64,000 nt of DNA from a virus (lineage: Duplodnaviria; Caudoviricetes). Positions 28,709-38,703 of the stretch are shown one piece after another. The stretch covers positions 32,001 through 96,000 of the IMG/VR virus record IMGVR_UViG_3300032030_000015. One strand, written 5' to 3'. How positions within the stretch are numbered: the first letter of the stretch is position 1; each line of letters begins with the position of its first letter. The notes beneath the pieces are model-generated. The model saw only the letters and a list, made by a program, of their open reading frames with translations, was not told where the DNA came from and did no database searches. Made by a program: the position numbers and the translations under genes.

Positions 28709-29071
28709 ATGCTAAGAGTGAACTATCAGATTGAGTACGGCTCAATCAAGGTGAAAAGTGTAGGCAACGAGAAGAAGCTCTACACAGTGAAATTCCATCC
28801 CGCCAACTGCGAGTGCGGCGCGTTCATCTACCACTACAAGGACGAGAACGGGGTGAAGATGGCGCAGCTGTTTACCTTCCTGGGCGATAAGCAGCACATC
28901 AGCAACATTATGAAGAACAGCAGCGACCACACGCTGCTGGGCGACAATGTTGTCAGTGTTCGTCTGAACGTGTACTATAAAGAGGCCCGCATGATAGTCG
29001 AGGCGTGCGCCAAGAGCGGCTATAAGGTGGAGTGCTACTACAAGGAACCGAAACAACCTAAAAAGAAGTAA
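28709..29071 (+). CDS. hypothetical protein
   Basis: Shared leader. Confidence 0.7.
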   Translation: MLRVNYQIEYGSIKVKSVGNEKKLYTVKFHPANCECGAFIYHYKDENGVKMAQLFTFLGDKQHISNIMKNSSDHTLLGDNVVSVRLNVYYKEARMIVEACAKSGYKVECYYKEPKQPKKK

Positions 29072-29076
29072 CGACT

Positions 29077-29265
29077 ATGGCGGACTTGAAGGCATTGGCA
29101 GTAAAAAACGTAAACGAGTATATCACAGACGACGAGCGAAAGATGCTGCGCGAAGCTGGCTACTCGTTCAACATCGTGAGAGGTCCCGGTGTCGATCGTG
29201 CTGACATTATGCAGCACGGCCGCCGCGTGGCTATGGTACTGAACGGAAAAGCAAAATGGTATTAA
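29077..29265 (+). CDS. hypothetical protein
   Basis: Shared leader. Confidence 0.6.
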   Translation: MADLKALAVKNVNEYITDDERKMLREAGYSFNIVRGPGVDRADIMQHGRRVAMVLNGKAKWY

Positions 29266-29284
29266 CAATTAAAACATTACGACT

Positions 29285-29563
29285 ATGGTACGAAGAGACG
29301 TGATTGAAGGTGTGCTTGCTTCTTTGGAGTGCAAGCCTATTATGAGGGGCGAACTGCAAGCGAAACTGCAGGATATGCTCGGAACGAAGAACGAGTTTGA
29401 GGAAGGCGACACGGACGGAAAGTTTGACTGCTGTGTCTATTTCACCAACGGACATGAAACATCTACGGCAAACATGTGTGACATCAGGATTGACTATCTC
29501 CCGACGCTGAACGAGGGAGAAATCTATGTCACAGGTACGGAGATTCTTGACTATCAGTATTAA
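29285..29563 (+). CDS. hypothetical protein
   Basis: Shared leader. Confidence 0.7.
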   Translation: MVRRDVIEGVLASLECKPIMRGELQAKLQDMLGTKNEFEEGDTDGKFDCCVYFTNGHETSTANMCDIRIDYLPTLNEGEIYVTGTEILDYQY

Positions 29564-29576
29564 AACATTTACGACT

Positions 29577-29747
29577 ATGACAGACAAGCAGAAGGCATCG
29601 CAGGTGCTGCGGTACATGGAGGACGAGATGGACGTGAAGACGGTCCTGAATGTGTTGAACCCCTATCTGAAGGACGAACAGCTGGCCGAGGTCTACGACT
29701 CCCTGGTGAGCGACGGCGCCATCAGCCCCGACGGGTATTGTTATTAA
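29577..29747 (+). CDS. 56-aa protein, duplicated at the C-terminus of 30895-31335
   Basis: 143-bp near-identical repeat. Confidence 0.7.
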   Translation: MTDKQKASQVLRYMEDEMDVKTVLNVLNPYLKDEQLAEVYDSLVSDGAISPDGYCY

Positions 29748-29768
29748 CCCAATAAAAACGAAACGACT

Positions 29769-30062
29769 ATGGAGCAAAAGAGATTGACAAAGAAACAGAT
29801 GGCTGCTGTAAATGAATTGAAAGCGGTTATCGCAAAGGTGGAGAGCATGGGTGTGACCCTGCTGTTTGAGGGGAGCGACGGATGGCTGTTCGCCCTGAAC
29901 GACAAAGGCACTGACGGCATTGCATCGGAAAGAGAACTGACGGAAGAGTATGGTGATGACGTGGAGCGAGTGGAAATAGACTGGAACAAGACGGAGTGCG
30001 TCTGCCAGCCCACCTATCGCCACACCGACTACGATGGCGAACTGTATCTTATCAAGGAATAA
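29769..30062 (+). CDS. hypothetical protein
   Basis: Shared leader. Confidence 0.7.
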   Translation: MEQKRLTKKQMAAVNELKAVIAKVESMGVTLLFEGSDGWLFALNDKGTDGIASERELTEEYGDDVERVEIDWNKTECVCQPTYRHTDYDGELYLIKE

Positions 30063-30076
30063 AAACATTCGAGACT

Positions 30077-30496
30077 ATGGCAAAGATTACGACGAGTGAC
30101 TTCGGGGCTATACACGATGCCATGAACAAGATGATTATCGGCGAGGTGAAGGCGGCGCTCAGGCTGGTGCCGGGGCAGCAAAAAGAAGGTGGCAGTCTGT
30201 GTCGCGTGGTGGTATCGCCAAACTGCGACTACGAACCCCGCGACCTGTGTGTGGATAAGGTGTGGCTCGATGACGATGGTATGCTTTGTTTCTCTGGTAC
30301 GGAGGAGCACGGCTCTTTCATTGTGGACGATGACCCTGACCCGTGGACGGAGGATGACGACCTGCTCGACATCACCGACTTCAAGTATCTCATTGAGCAG
30401 CTGAAGGACATGATGCCCGACGGCGAGCACGACCTGACCAACGGCGCAGACCTGCACAATCTGGACCGCAAGGCACACGACAAGTTGAACTATTAA
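30077..30496 (+). CDS. acidic hypothetical protein
   Basis: ATG at 30077. Confidence 0.7.
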   Translation: MAKITTSDFGAIHDAMNKMIIGEVKAALRLVPGQQKEGGSLCRVVVSPNCDYEPRDLCVDKVWLDDDGMLCFSGTEEHGSFIVDDDPDPWTEDDDLLDITDFKYLIEQLKDMMPDGEHDLTNGADLHNLDRKAHDKLNY

Positions 30497-30509
30497 AAGA
30501 TTTAGGAGT

Positions 30510-30881
30510 ATGGAAAGCGACATTAAAGTAAAAGCAACATCCGAACAGATGATGATGTTCGGAAATCTGTATTGTGTGAAATGGTGTGAGCGCATCAAGT
30601 GGCTCGGCGACAGCAAGGGACGATGGCTCTACAAGGTCACGCTGAGACACGCCGACGACGCTGGCGAACTGCATGGAACGTACACGGTGGAAACGCTGAT
30701 GAGGAAGTTCAGCGAAGATGCCTATACCAACTTCCCCTGCTATATAGCGGGTGCCGTCAAAGAACTAATAAAGGGCTGCGAGCTGGTTCTTTCTGCCATC
30801 GGAGATAAGCAGAAGGTGACAGACTTGATTAACGACGCCCTGCAAAAGAAGGGTATGAATGTGAAAGTGTGTAACAATTAA
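30510..30881 (+). CDS. hypothetical protein
   Basis: Leader agatttaggagtATG shared with 28253. Confidence 0.7.
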   Translation: MESDIKVKATSEQMMMFGNLYCVKWCERIKWLGDSKGRWLYKVTLRHADDAGELHGTYTVETLMRKFSEDAYTNFPCYIAGAVKELIKGCELVLSAIGDKQKVTDLINDALQKKGMNVKVCNN

Positions 30882-30894
30882 AACGATTACGACT

Positions 30895-31335
30895 ATGGAG
30901 AGAACAGAAATGATTGAGAAGATTATGGCTGCGGCACGCGGCGTGAACTTCACGGACGAGATCGACGACATCGACGTGCTGGCCTACACCGACAAGGACG
31001 GCAATACGCATGAAGACCGCTTCGATCATATCGACACGACCACGATACCCATGAGCGTGCATTTCATCGGCGGAACGGGTCATAAGAACTTCAACGTGCC
31101 TATTGCACGGCTGACCGACGAGAGCCTGGAGCAACTGTACGACTGCATCGAGCAGCCCGCACAACTGACAGACAAGCAGAAGGCATCGCAGGTGATGCGG
31201 TACATGGAGGACGAGATGGACGTGAAGACGGTCCTGAACATGTTGAACCCCTATCTGAAGGACGAACAGCTGGCCGAGGTCTACGACTCCCTGGTGAGCG
31301 ACGGCGCCTTTCCGGAGGACGGGTATTGTATGTAG
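30895..31335 (+). CDS. hypothetical fusion protein
   Basis: C-terminus duplicates the 29577 gene. Confidence 0.7.
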   Translation: MERTEMIEKIMAAARGVNFTDEIDDIDVLAYTDKDGNTHEDRFDHIDTTTIPMSVHFIGGTGHKNFNVPIARLTDESLEQLYDCIEQPAQLTDKQKASQVMRYMEDEMDVKTVLNMLNPYLKDEQLAEVYDSLVSDGAFPEDGYCM

Positions 31336-31446
31336 CCCAAAACCTTTTACCTCGTAGAAGCTGGCAACGAGTACGATATCGAAGCATCAGGCTTCTACGA
31401 GGATCAAACTTTTAACGACAGTATTAACAACGAAATCGAGACAATT

Positions 31447-31995
31447 ATGAAGATTAAAGTTTATGAAGTAGTTTCAAGCAGCTACGAGACAGCAGACAAC
31501 TATCTGCATCAGGAGAGTTATTTGTTTGACGACCCCGACAAGGCTCGTCAGAAGTTCAAGAACCTGCGCGACTGCATCAAAGGCGACGTTTACGGCGACG
31601 AGGACTGCGAGTATGACGCTGATGAAGACGAAGGCGAAAACCGCTACGAGGCAAGCCGCGAGGTGGGCACGGAAAATGAGTACCAGGCTATCGTTGAACT
31701 GAAGGAGAAAGAAATCGACATCCCCAATGCTACCGACCGCCGCAAGTACGGGATGCCCATTCAGGAACTGCGCGACATGATAGCCGACTTCACAGGCGAC
31801 AAGAAACGTGAGGCTATGCGCAAGGCAAAGATATTCGCCAGCCATATCAGTCTGCGCCACGTTTCGGAAATCGTGTGCATCAAATACGGACACCGCGACG
31901 ACGAGCACGGCCAGCGAACAGAAGACCACAACTGGCTTGAGTTCCAATGGCGCGATCTGGACGGCGACTGCGACTGGTTTTCCATCATTGAATAA
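31447..31995 (+). CDS. acidic hypothetical protein
   Basis: ORF with codon bias. Confidence 0.7.
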   Translation: MKIKVYEVVSSSYETADNYLHQESYLFDDPDKARQKFKNLRDCIKGDVYGDEDCEYDADEDEGENRYEASREVGTENEYQAIVELKEKEIDIPNATDRRKYGMPIQELRDMIADFTGDKKREAMRKAKIFASHISLRHVSEIVCIKYGHRDDEHGQRTEDHNWLEFQWRDLDGDCDWFSIIE

Positions 31996-32016
31996 ACTAT
32001 AAAAACGATTACGACT

Positions 32017-32364
32017 ATGACTACAGAGAAATTCAACGAAATGGTGAAAGCCTTTTTTAAGGCAGTGAAGGAGAAGACGATCCTGATTATCATCGACTCT
32101 GCATCGAAGAACGAGAAGGCGGTGTTCTCCATCGTGTCGTTCAAGGATAAGAACAATCCGTCTTGCGGTTATATAGACTACGGAAACATGCTTGAGGAAC
32201 TTGGTTTCAAGAACTACCGAGGTGAGGACAGTCTGTTTGTGACCTACTGCGCCGGACGCTTCAGCCTCTTTATCCTCGACAACATCGTGGAGAAGATGAA
32301 GGGACGCGGCATAAGACTTCCGAAAGGATTGTATGAATGGATTCAGTATCAGAACCACATCTAA
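32017..32364 (+). CDS. hypothetical protein
   Basis: Shared leader. Confidence 0.7.
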   Translation: MTTEKFNEMVKAFFKAVKEKTILIIIDSASKNEKAVFSIVSFKDKNNPSCGYIDYGNMLEELGFKNYRGEDSLFVTYCAGRFSLFILDNIVEKMKGRGIRLPKGLYEWIQYQNHI

Positions 32365-32378
32365 AACGAGATACGATT

Positions 32379-32594
32379 ATGGCAAGCTATTACACGAAAG
32401 AAACCCTCAAAACGAAGGTGAAGCAGTTGGAGGAAGCAACAGGCTTTCCCATGGAACTTATATCCTGCAATGGCGAGTACGCCATCCAGTTCGTGGACGG
32501 CCCCGACTTCGGTTGGGCTGGCTACTACCACACTGTGAAGGAACTTATCATCTATGCCGACGGATTTCTGGCAGGCATGAAGTTTAACAAGTAA
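32379..32594 (+). CDS. hypothetical protein
   Basis: ATG at 32379. Confidence 0.65.
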   Translation: MASYYTKETLKTKVKQLEEATGFPMELISCNGEYAIQFVDGPDFGWAGYYHTVKELIIYADGFLAGMKFNK

Positions 32595-32610
32595 TAAAAC
32601 GAATTGAGAT

Positions 32611-35600
32611 ATGAGCAAGTTACAGAGACTAAGAGACAATATCGCGGCGATTGAGTGTGCATTGACCGGCAAGGGCGATGCGGAGGTGCTGGCGAAGTAC
32701 ACAGGGTTCGGCGGGATGAACTTCATTCTGAACCACCAGAACCCTGCGTGCTGGTCGAAGAGTGACATGGTGTACTACAAGGACGCGGTGCAGTTGGATA
32801 ATCTGCTGCTGAAAGTAAGCGGCGGCGGTGAACAATATCAGGCTTGGAGGGATAGCCTGAAGGCCAGCGTGCTGACGGCGTACTATACACCGAGGGAGTT
32901 TGTACATGGAATAGGTAAAGCGCTGTATGGTTTTTACAACGAACACAAGTGCCGTCCTAATTCTTTTCTCGACCCTGCGGCTGGTATGGGTGTATTTATT
33001 CAGTGGTTGGGCGGTGCTGCTTCGGTGACAGGTGGCCGTGTAGTGGCATACGAGAAAGACCTACTGACAGGATTAATGTTAAGTCGCAGGAATATCTTCA
33101 GAAATAAGGATATCCGCATTGCTGGCTTCGAGACTATCCCTGCCGAGGAGATGGGGAAGTACGACCTCGTGGCTACGAATGTGCCGTTTGGGGATATCGC
33201 CGTGTTTGATCCGGAGTATAGCAGGAGCAAGAGTGCTGTAAGGAGGGAGGCGGCGAAGATGATTCACCGCTACTATGTGCTGAAGGGGCTGGACTGTCTG
33301 AGGGACGGGGGTATCGAGGCGTATATCATCACGTCGAACTACCTGAACAGGGACGGGGAGCAGTTGGCAGAGGCACTGAAGCAGGCGCGGCTCATCGGGG
33401 CTTACCGGTTGGCGAACAATCTGTTTAAGGAGAGCGGCACGGAGGTGGGCACTGACCTATTAGTGCTGCAGAAGGACTCGCGGAAGGAGGGGCTGACGGC
33501 TGAAGAGTCGTGGCTGCTGACGATGTATGAGGACTCGGGGTGCCCCACCAATATGTACTTCGATATGAAGCCGGAGCATGTGATTGCGACGAACTGGACG
33601 GTGGACACGGATGCGTATGGGAAGAGGGCGCTGGTGTATCACCACAGAGACGGGGTGGCTGGTATCAGCAAGCAGATGGGGGAGGTGCTGAGCAAGGACC
33701 TCGCGGAGAACTTTGATGCAGGGCTGTATCAGGACGGAGAGACCAGCCGGAGCGCTCGGCCCCAAAGGGACGCTTGCTACCAACGGGACGCAAGAACCGG
33801 CGGGCACGGTGGCAAGCAGGAGCGCAAGGAGGAGAGGATGACTATTAAGGAGAGTGTTTTGCGAGAGCTTTGCTTCGACTATCAGATGTTGTACAAGAAG
33901 GAAGCGGAAGAGATGACTGAGCAGCCAGAACTCCGAAAGGAGATAAACCGCCTCTATGACGGCTTTGTTGAAAAATGGGGCCCGCTGAACAAGCCGGAGA
34001 ACGTGAAGTTCATAAAGGCTATCAAAGGCTTTGACAATATCGTAGAACTGCTGACGCTGGAGAGTCCTGATCCGAACGGTGGCGGTTATCAGAAGGCCGA
34101 CATCTTCAATCATCCAGTATCATTCGCTACCGACAGCGAGCCGGTGGTGATGACGGCGCAGGAGGCGCTGGCGCGGAGCCTGAACCGATGGGGCAGGCCG
34201 GAGGTGACGGAGATGTGCATGATGAGCGGCATGAGCGAGGAGGAACTGCTGAAGGCGCTGGAGGGGGAGATTTATTTCAACCCTATCAGCGGGGAGTGGG
34301 AAATCAAGGCGCGGTTCGTATCTGGCAACGTCGTGGAGAAACTGGATATTATCCATGAGCGCTGCACCACGGAAGAGGAGAGCGACCCGCTGGTAATAGC
34401 CAGCATCAGGGCTCTCGAAGACGCTATCCCGACACCCATCCCCTTCGAGGACCTGGACTTCAACCTCGGTGAGCGGTGGATGGACTGTCAGGTGTATGCG
34501 GACTTTGCGAGTGAGTTCTTCTCGATGCCCGAGGATGCTACGAAGAGTTCGTACTGGTCGGGCAGGGTAGAGGTGACCGTTAAGTATAATGCGCTGTTGG
34601 ATGAGTTTGCGGCGAGTGCATCGAGCAGGAACGAGAAGATATGGAGCCAGTACAGCATCAGCAGCGAGGCTACGAAGTCGTTGGACGGCATCGAACTGCT
34701 GGTGCATGCGCTGAAGAACACCTGTCCGAAGATGATGAAGTATCAGCGCGACGCTCAGGGCCGCTGCATGTATAACGAAAAGGGCGAGCACCTGAAGACG
34801 GAGGATCCGGAGAAGACGCAGATGGCAAACGCCAAGATTGAGGAGATTCGCCAGGGCTTCCAGGACTGGCTCGTCAAGCAGCCGAAGGAGTGGAAGGACG
34901 AGATAACGGCTATCTATAACCGAAAGTTCAACTGCTTCGTGAAGCCGCAGTACGACGGCTCTCATCAGACGTTCCCCGGTGTGGACTGGGCGGGGCTGGA
35001 AGCGAAGTACGGCATTCCGCAGCCGCAGTACGACGCCAAGGGTAAGAAACTGAGCGGCGGGCTGTACAAGAGTCAGGAGGACTGCGTGTGGATGCTGGTT
35101 CAGAATGGCGGCGGCATCTGCGACCACGAAGTTGGAAGCGGTAAGACGTTGATTATGTGCGTCGCTGCCCATGAGATGAAGCGCCTGGGGCTGGTACACA
35201 AGCCGATGATTATCGGACTGAAGGCGAACGTCGGCGCCATCGCCGAGACGTACCGCACGGCCTATCCGCAGGCCAAGGTGCTGTACGCCGGCGAGGCCGA
35301 CTATAAGGGCGAGGCAGGGCGCGTGAACTTCCTGAACCGGGCCAAGAACAACGACTGGGACTGCGTGATTATGTCGCACGACTCGTTCGGACGCATTCCG
35401 CAGAGCGACGAGATACAGCGCGACATCCTGCGTGATGAGGTGCAGCAGATAGACGAAGCCATCAAGATTACCAAGGAGTGGAAAGAGTGGCGGGTGTCGG
35501 GCAAGATGCTGAAGGGCCTGGAGAAGCGCAAGCAGAACATGCAGGCGAAGATTGAGGCGCTGCAGGACAGCATCAGGACGAGGACCGACGACGTGGTGGA

Positions 35601-37683
35601 CTTCCGCATGATGGGCATCGACCACATCTTCGTCGACGAGAGCCACATGTTCAAGAACCTGGGCTTCAGTACCCGTCACGACCGTGTGGCAGGGCTGGGC
35701 AACTCGGAGGGAAGCAAGCGGGCGTTCAACCTGCTCATGGCCATCCGCACCATCCAGCAGCGCACGGGCCGCGACCTCGGGGCGACGTTCCTCAGCGGTA
35801 CCACGGTGACGAACTCGCTGACGGAACTCTATTCGCTGTTCCGCTACTTACGTCCGCAGGCTCTGAAGAAGCAGGGCATCACGTGTTTCGATGCCTGGGC
35901 CGCCATCTTCACGAAGAAGTCGAGCGAGTATGAGTTCTCGATAACCAACCAGATTATCCTGAAGGAGCGCTTCCGGTATTTTATAAAAGTGCCGGAACTT
36001 GCGATGTTCTATAACGAGATAACCGACTTCCGCACGGCAGAAGACGTGGGCATCGACCGCCCGAAGAAGCACACGATGCTCTTGAACCTGAAGCCGACGC
36101 CCGACCAGGAGCGGTATATCAAGGTGCTGATGGAGTTTGCCAAGACGGGAGACTTCAAGCTCATCGGTATGCCGAACCCGACCGACCAGCAGCAGAAGGC
36201 CAAGATGCTATACGCCACCGACAAGGCCAGAAAGATGTCGTTGGATATGCGGCTCATCGACGAAGCGTACAGCGACCACCCGAACTCGAAGGCCTCGCAG
36301 TGCGCCAAGAACATCAAGGCGTACTACGATTTGTACAGCGAGCAGAAGGGTGTGCAGCTGGTCTTTTCTGATCTGAGTGCCTACGACCCCAAGAAATGGA
36401 ACATCTACTCGGAGATCAAGCGGCACCTCGTGGAGGACTACGGCATCCCGGCGAAGGAAATCCGGTTTATCCAGGAGTGCAAGTGCGAGTCGAAGAAGAA
36501 CGCGCTGATAGCCGCCGTGAACCGTGGCGAGGTGCGGGTGCTGTTCGGCTCTACCCAGATGCTCGGCACCGGCGTCAACGCCCAGCAGCGAGTCGTCGCC
36601 GTGCATCACCTCGACACACCGTGGCGACCCTCCGACCTCGAACAGCGCGACGGCCGTGCCATCAGAAAGGGCAACGAGGTGGCCAAGCAGTATGCCGGCA
36701 ACCAGGTGGATATCATTATCTACGCCGTGGAGCGGTCGCTCGACTCGTATAAGTTCAACCTGCTCCATTGCAAGCAGACGTTCATCAATCAGTTGAAGCG
36801 CGGACAGTTGAGCATCCGAACGCTCGACGAGGGCGTGATGGATGAGAAGACCGGCGCCAACTTCGCAGAATTTATGGCCGTCTTATCAGGTAATACCGAC
36901 CTGTTGGAGCGTGCCAAACTGGAGAAGAAGATTGCCGGGCTGGAGGCCGAGAAGAAAACCTTCGCCAGAGAGAAGGCCGACTATGAGCAGAAGCGCGAAC
37001 GGCTCGTGAAGGACTGCGAGGCGCTGGAGAGGAATATCGAGAGCGTCAACGAGGACAGCGAGCGGTTCTTTGCCGAGAGGGGCAAGGCAGGAGCGCTTGT
37101 ATCTACTGGCGAGTATATCCACAAGATTGAGATTGACGGGTTTGAGCCTCGTGAGCAACATGAGAACGGCAGTTATTCTATACTGACAGCCGAGAACAAC
37201 CCCGACGCCTTCAACAAGGCCATCGGCACCGAACTATTGCGCATCGCCGACACCGCCCGCACCGACGGCAAGCACGTCACCATCGGCAGCGTCTATGGCT
37301 TCCCCATCTCGGTGAAGACCACCTCGACCACCGTCATCCTCGACGGCAAGCAACTGACGGACTATACGAATCAGTTCTACGTCAGCGGACAGCGGCTCAT
37401 CTACATCGTCAACCGCTCGGGCCGCCTGAACCGCTCGTCGGCCACCGCCTCGGCCCTGCTGCCCCTGCAGACCATGCAGCGCCTGCCCGACATGGCCGGC
37501 TCGTGGCAGCAGCAACTCTCGGAGAACCGCCAGCGCATCGACCAGCTCACCGCCATCATCGCCAACGACTGGCCCAAGGAAGACGCGCTGAAGAAACTCC
37601 GCGCCGACCTCGCCATGCTCGACCGCCGTATCAACAAGTCCATCCACAGCGACGAGCAGCAACAGATGAAGCAGGCGGCGTAG
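32611..37683 (+). CDS. DarB-like N6-adenine methyltransferase / SNF2 helicase fusion
   Basis: YTGFGG, AYYTP, LDPAAGMG, NVPFG; helicase motifs HEVGSGKT, DESH, LSGT, QRDGRAIRKGN. Confidence 0.9.
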   Translation: MSKLQRLRDNIAAIECALTGKGDAEVLAKYTGFGGMNFILNHQNPACWSKSDMVYYKDAVQLDNLLLKVSGGGEQYQAWRDSLKASVLTAYYTPREFVHGIGKALYGFYNEHKCRPNSFLDPAAGMGVFIQWLGGAASVTGGRVVAYEKDLLTGLMLSRRNIFRNKDIRIAGFETIPAEEMGKYDLVATNVPFGDIAVFDPEYSRSKSAVRREAAKMIHRYYVLKGLDCLRDGGIEAYIITSNYLNRDGEQLAEALKQARLIGAYRLANNLFKESGTEVGTDLLVLQKDSRKEGLTAEESWLLTMYEDSGCPTNMYFDMKPEHVIATNWTVDTDAYGKRALVYHHRDGVAGISKQMGEVLSKDLAENFDAGLYQDGETSRSARPQRDACYQRDARTGGHGGKQERKEERMTIKESVLRELCFDYQMLYKKEAEEMTEQPELRKEINRLYDGFVEKWGPLNKPENVKFIKAIKGFDNIVELLTLESPDPNGGGYQKADIFNHPVSFATDSEPVVMTAQEALARSLNRWGRPEVTEMCMMSGMSEEELLKALEGEIYFNPISGEWEIKARFVSGNVVEKLDIIHERCTTEEESDPLVIASIRALEDAIPTPIPFEDLDFNLGERWMDCQVYADFASEFFSMPEDATKSSYWSGRVEVTVKYNALLDEFAASASSRNEKIWSQYSISSEATKSLDGIELLVHALKNTCPKMMKYQRDAQGRCMYNEKGEHLKTEDPEKTQMANAKIEEIRQGFQDWLVKQPKEWKDEITAIYNRKFNCFVKPQYDGSHQTFPGVDWAGLEAKYGIPQPQYDAKGKKLSGGLYKSQEDCVWMLVQNGGGICDHEVGSGKTLIMCVAAHEMKRLGLVHKPMIIGLKANVGAIAETYRTAYPQAKVLYAGEADYKGEAGRVNFLNRAKNNDWDCVIMSHDSFGRIPQSDEIQRDILRDEVQQIDEAIKITKEWKEWRVSGKMLKGLEKRKQNMQAKIEALQDSIRTRTDDVVDFRMMGIDHIFVDESHMFKNLGFSTRHDRVAGLGNSEGSKRAFNLLMAIRTIQQRTGRDLGATFLSGTTVTNSLTELYSLFRYLRPQALKKQGITCFDAWAAIFTKKSSEYEFSITNQIILKERFRYFIKVPELAMFYNEITDFRTAEDVGIDRPKKHTMLLNLKPTPDQERYIKVLMEFAKTGDFKLIGMPNPTDQQQKAKMLYATDKARKMSLDMRLIDEAYSDHPNSKASQCAKNIKAYYDLYSEQKGVQLVFSDLSAYDPKKWNIYSEIKRHLVEDYGIPAKEIRFIQECKCESKKNALIAAVNRGEVRVLFGSTQMLGTGVNAQQRVVAVHHLDTPWRPSDLEQRDGRAIRKGNEVAKQYAGNQVDIIIYAVERSLDSYKFNLLHCKQTFINQLKRGQLSIRTLDEGVMDEKTGANFAEFMAVLSGNTDLLERAKLEKKIAGLEAEKKTFAREKADYEQKRERLVKDCEALERNIESVNEDSERFFAERGKAGALVSTGEYIHKIEIDGFEPREQHENGSYSILTAENNPDAFNKAIGTELLRIADTARTDGKHVTIGSVYGFPISVKTTSTTVILDGKQLTDYTNQFYVSGQRLIYIVNRSGRLNRSSATASALLPLQTMQRLPDMAGSWQQQLSENRQRIDQLTAIIANDWPKEDALKKLRADLAMLDRRINKSIHSDEQQQMKQAA

Positions 37684-37693
37684 AACCCTCTCT

Positions 37694-37767
37694 AAAAACC
37701 GACCCTCGGTCGGCTTGTCACACCGTCCCTCGCTCGGTCAATCACATCGACCGAGGGTCGGTTTTTT
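37694..37767. terminator. Long inverted repeat / terminator
   Basis: AAAAACCGACCCTCGGTCG...CGACCGAGGGTCGGTTTTT. Confidence 0.7.
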
Positions 37768-37804
37768 AACCCCGATTATTCACCCAATTAAAACAGCAAG
37801 CAAT

Positions 37805-38314
37805 ATGAAGACAATCGACAATCAGATTAACGAACTGAAGCAGGTAGCCAAGGCGCATGGGTTGGAGATTCGCTTCCGCAATCACAAGACCGACCAGGGC
37901 GACTTCTGCATCTTCATCTACGACAGACAGAACTTCCGACAGAGTTATGCCGTGGGTTACGACGGCGACTGGAAAGGCAAGAGCGTCAGTTTCGACAAGT
38001 GCCTGAAGTCCGCCTACAACTGGATTGAGCACCGAGACAAGCGTTTCATCTTCCGCGATGGACGCTGGCAGTACGGACACTTCCACTTCATCGTCTGGAA
38101 GGACGGCGACGGCAGCGACCGTGAACATTATCTGACCATCGGCGATGCTGACAAGGCAGCCGCCGAGTATATGAAACAAGGCTATTGCGTGGTGTGCTAC
38201 GACCAGGAACCGACGGGCAAGAGCCGACTGGCGAAAGTCTACGGCGATTACGAACGTCACACCAACGACTATGTGAGAAACCAAATCAAGAAACAACAGC
38301 CGGCTATGGCATAA
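37805..38314 (+). CDS. hypothetical protein
   Basis: ATG at 37805. Confidence 0.7.
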   Translation: MKTIDNQINELKQVAKAHGLEIRFRNHKTDQGDFCIFIYDRQNFRQSYAVGYDGDWKGKSVSFDKCLKSAYNWIEHRDKRFIFRDGRWQYGHFHFIVWKDGDGSDREHYLTIGDADKAAAEYMKQGYCVVCYDQEPTGKSRLAKVYGDYERHTNDYVRNQIKKQQPAMA

Positions 38315-38327
38315 CAACAATACGACT

Positions 38328-38501
38328 ATGCAAGTAAGAATCAAGTACAAATCAGCCGCAGACGCTGAGAATGCCGCAAGCAAACTCCCTGTTGCCTGCA
38401 AGTGGAGAATCGTAAAAGGCTATACGACCGACGCATATCTGGAAGTCCCTGAATCCTACGAGGACTATGTGATGAGATACCTGAACCCAAAAGACATTTG
38501 A
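38328..38501 (+). CDS. 57-aa protein (not in the ORF track)
   Basis: tacgactATG leader; MQVRIKYKSAADAENAA... Confidence 0.55.
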   Translation: MQVRIKYKSAADAENAASKLPVACKWRIVKGYTTDAYLEVPESYEDYVMRYLNPKDI

Positions 38502-38505
38502 GACT

Positions 38506-38691
38506 ATGGCACGACTCGATTACGACATCGACAACTTCAGCGGCACGCAAGGACGCGGCACCCGATACGACATCCTGAGCGACGGCGACGTCATCTACCA
38601 CGACATCCCCGAAGAATCCGTCGACCGCCTCTGTGCAGAAATGGAGCGCAAGCCCTACCTCTATGGCAACATCGAAGTGAAGGCGCTCTGA
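38506..38691 (+). CDS. hypothetical protein
   Basis: gagactATG leader. Confidence 0.6.
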   Translation: MARLDYDIDNFSGTQGRGTRYDILSDGDVIYHDIPEESVDRLCAEMERKPYLYGNIEVKAL

Positions 38692-38703
38692 CCCCCCTCT
38701 CGA

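Noticed and set aside
29578-31308. DGR template/variable repeat pair
   Set aside because: Only 3 differences, one not at an adenine, and far from the RT. A plain duplication explains it.
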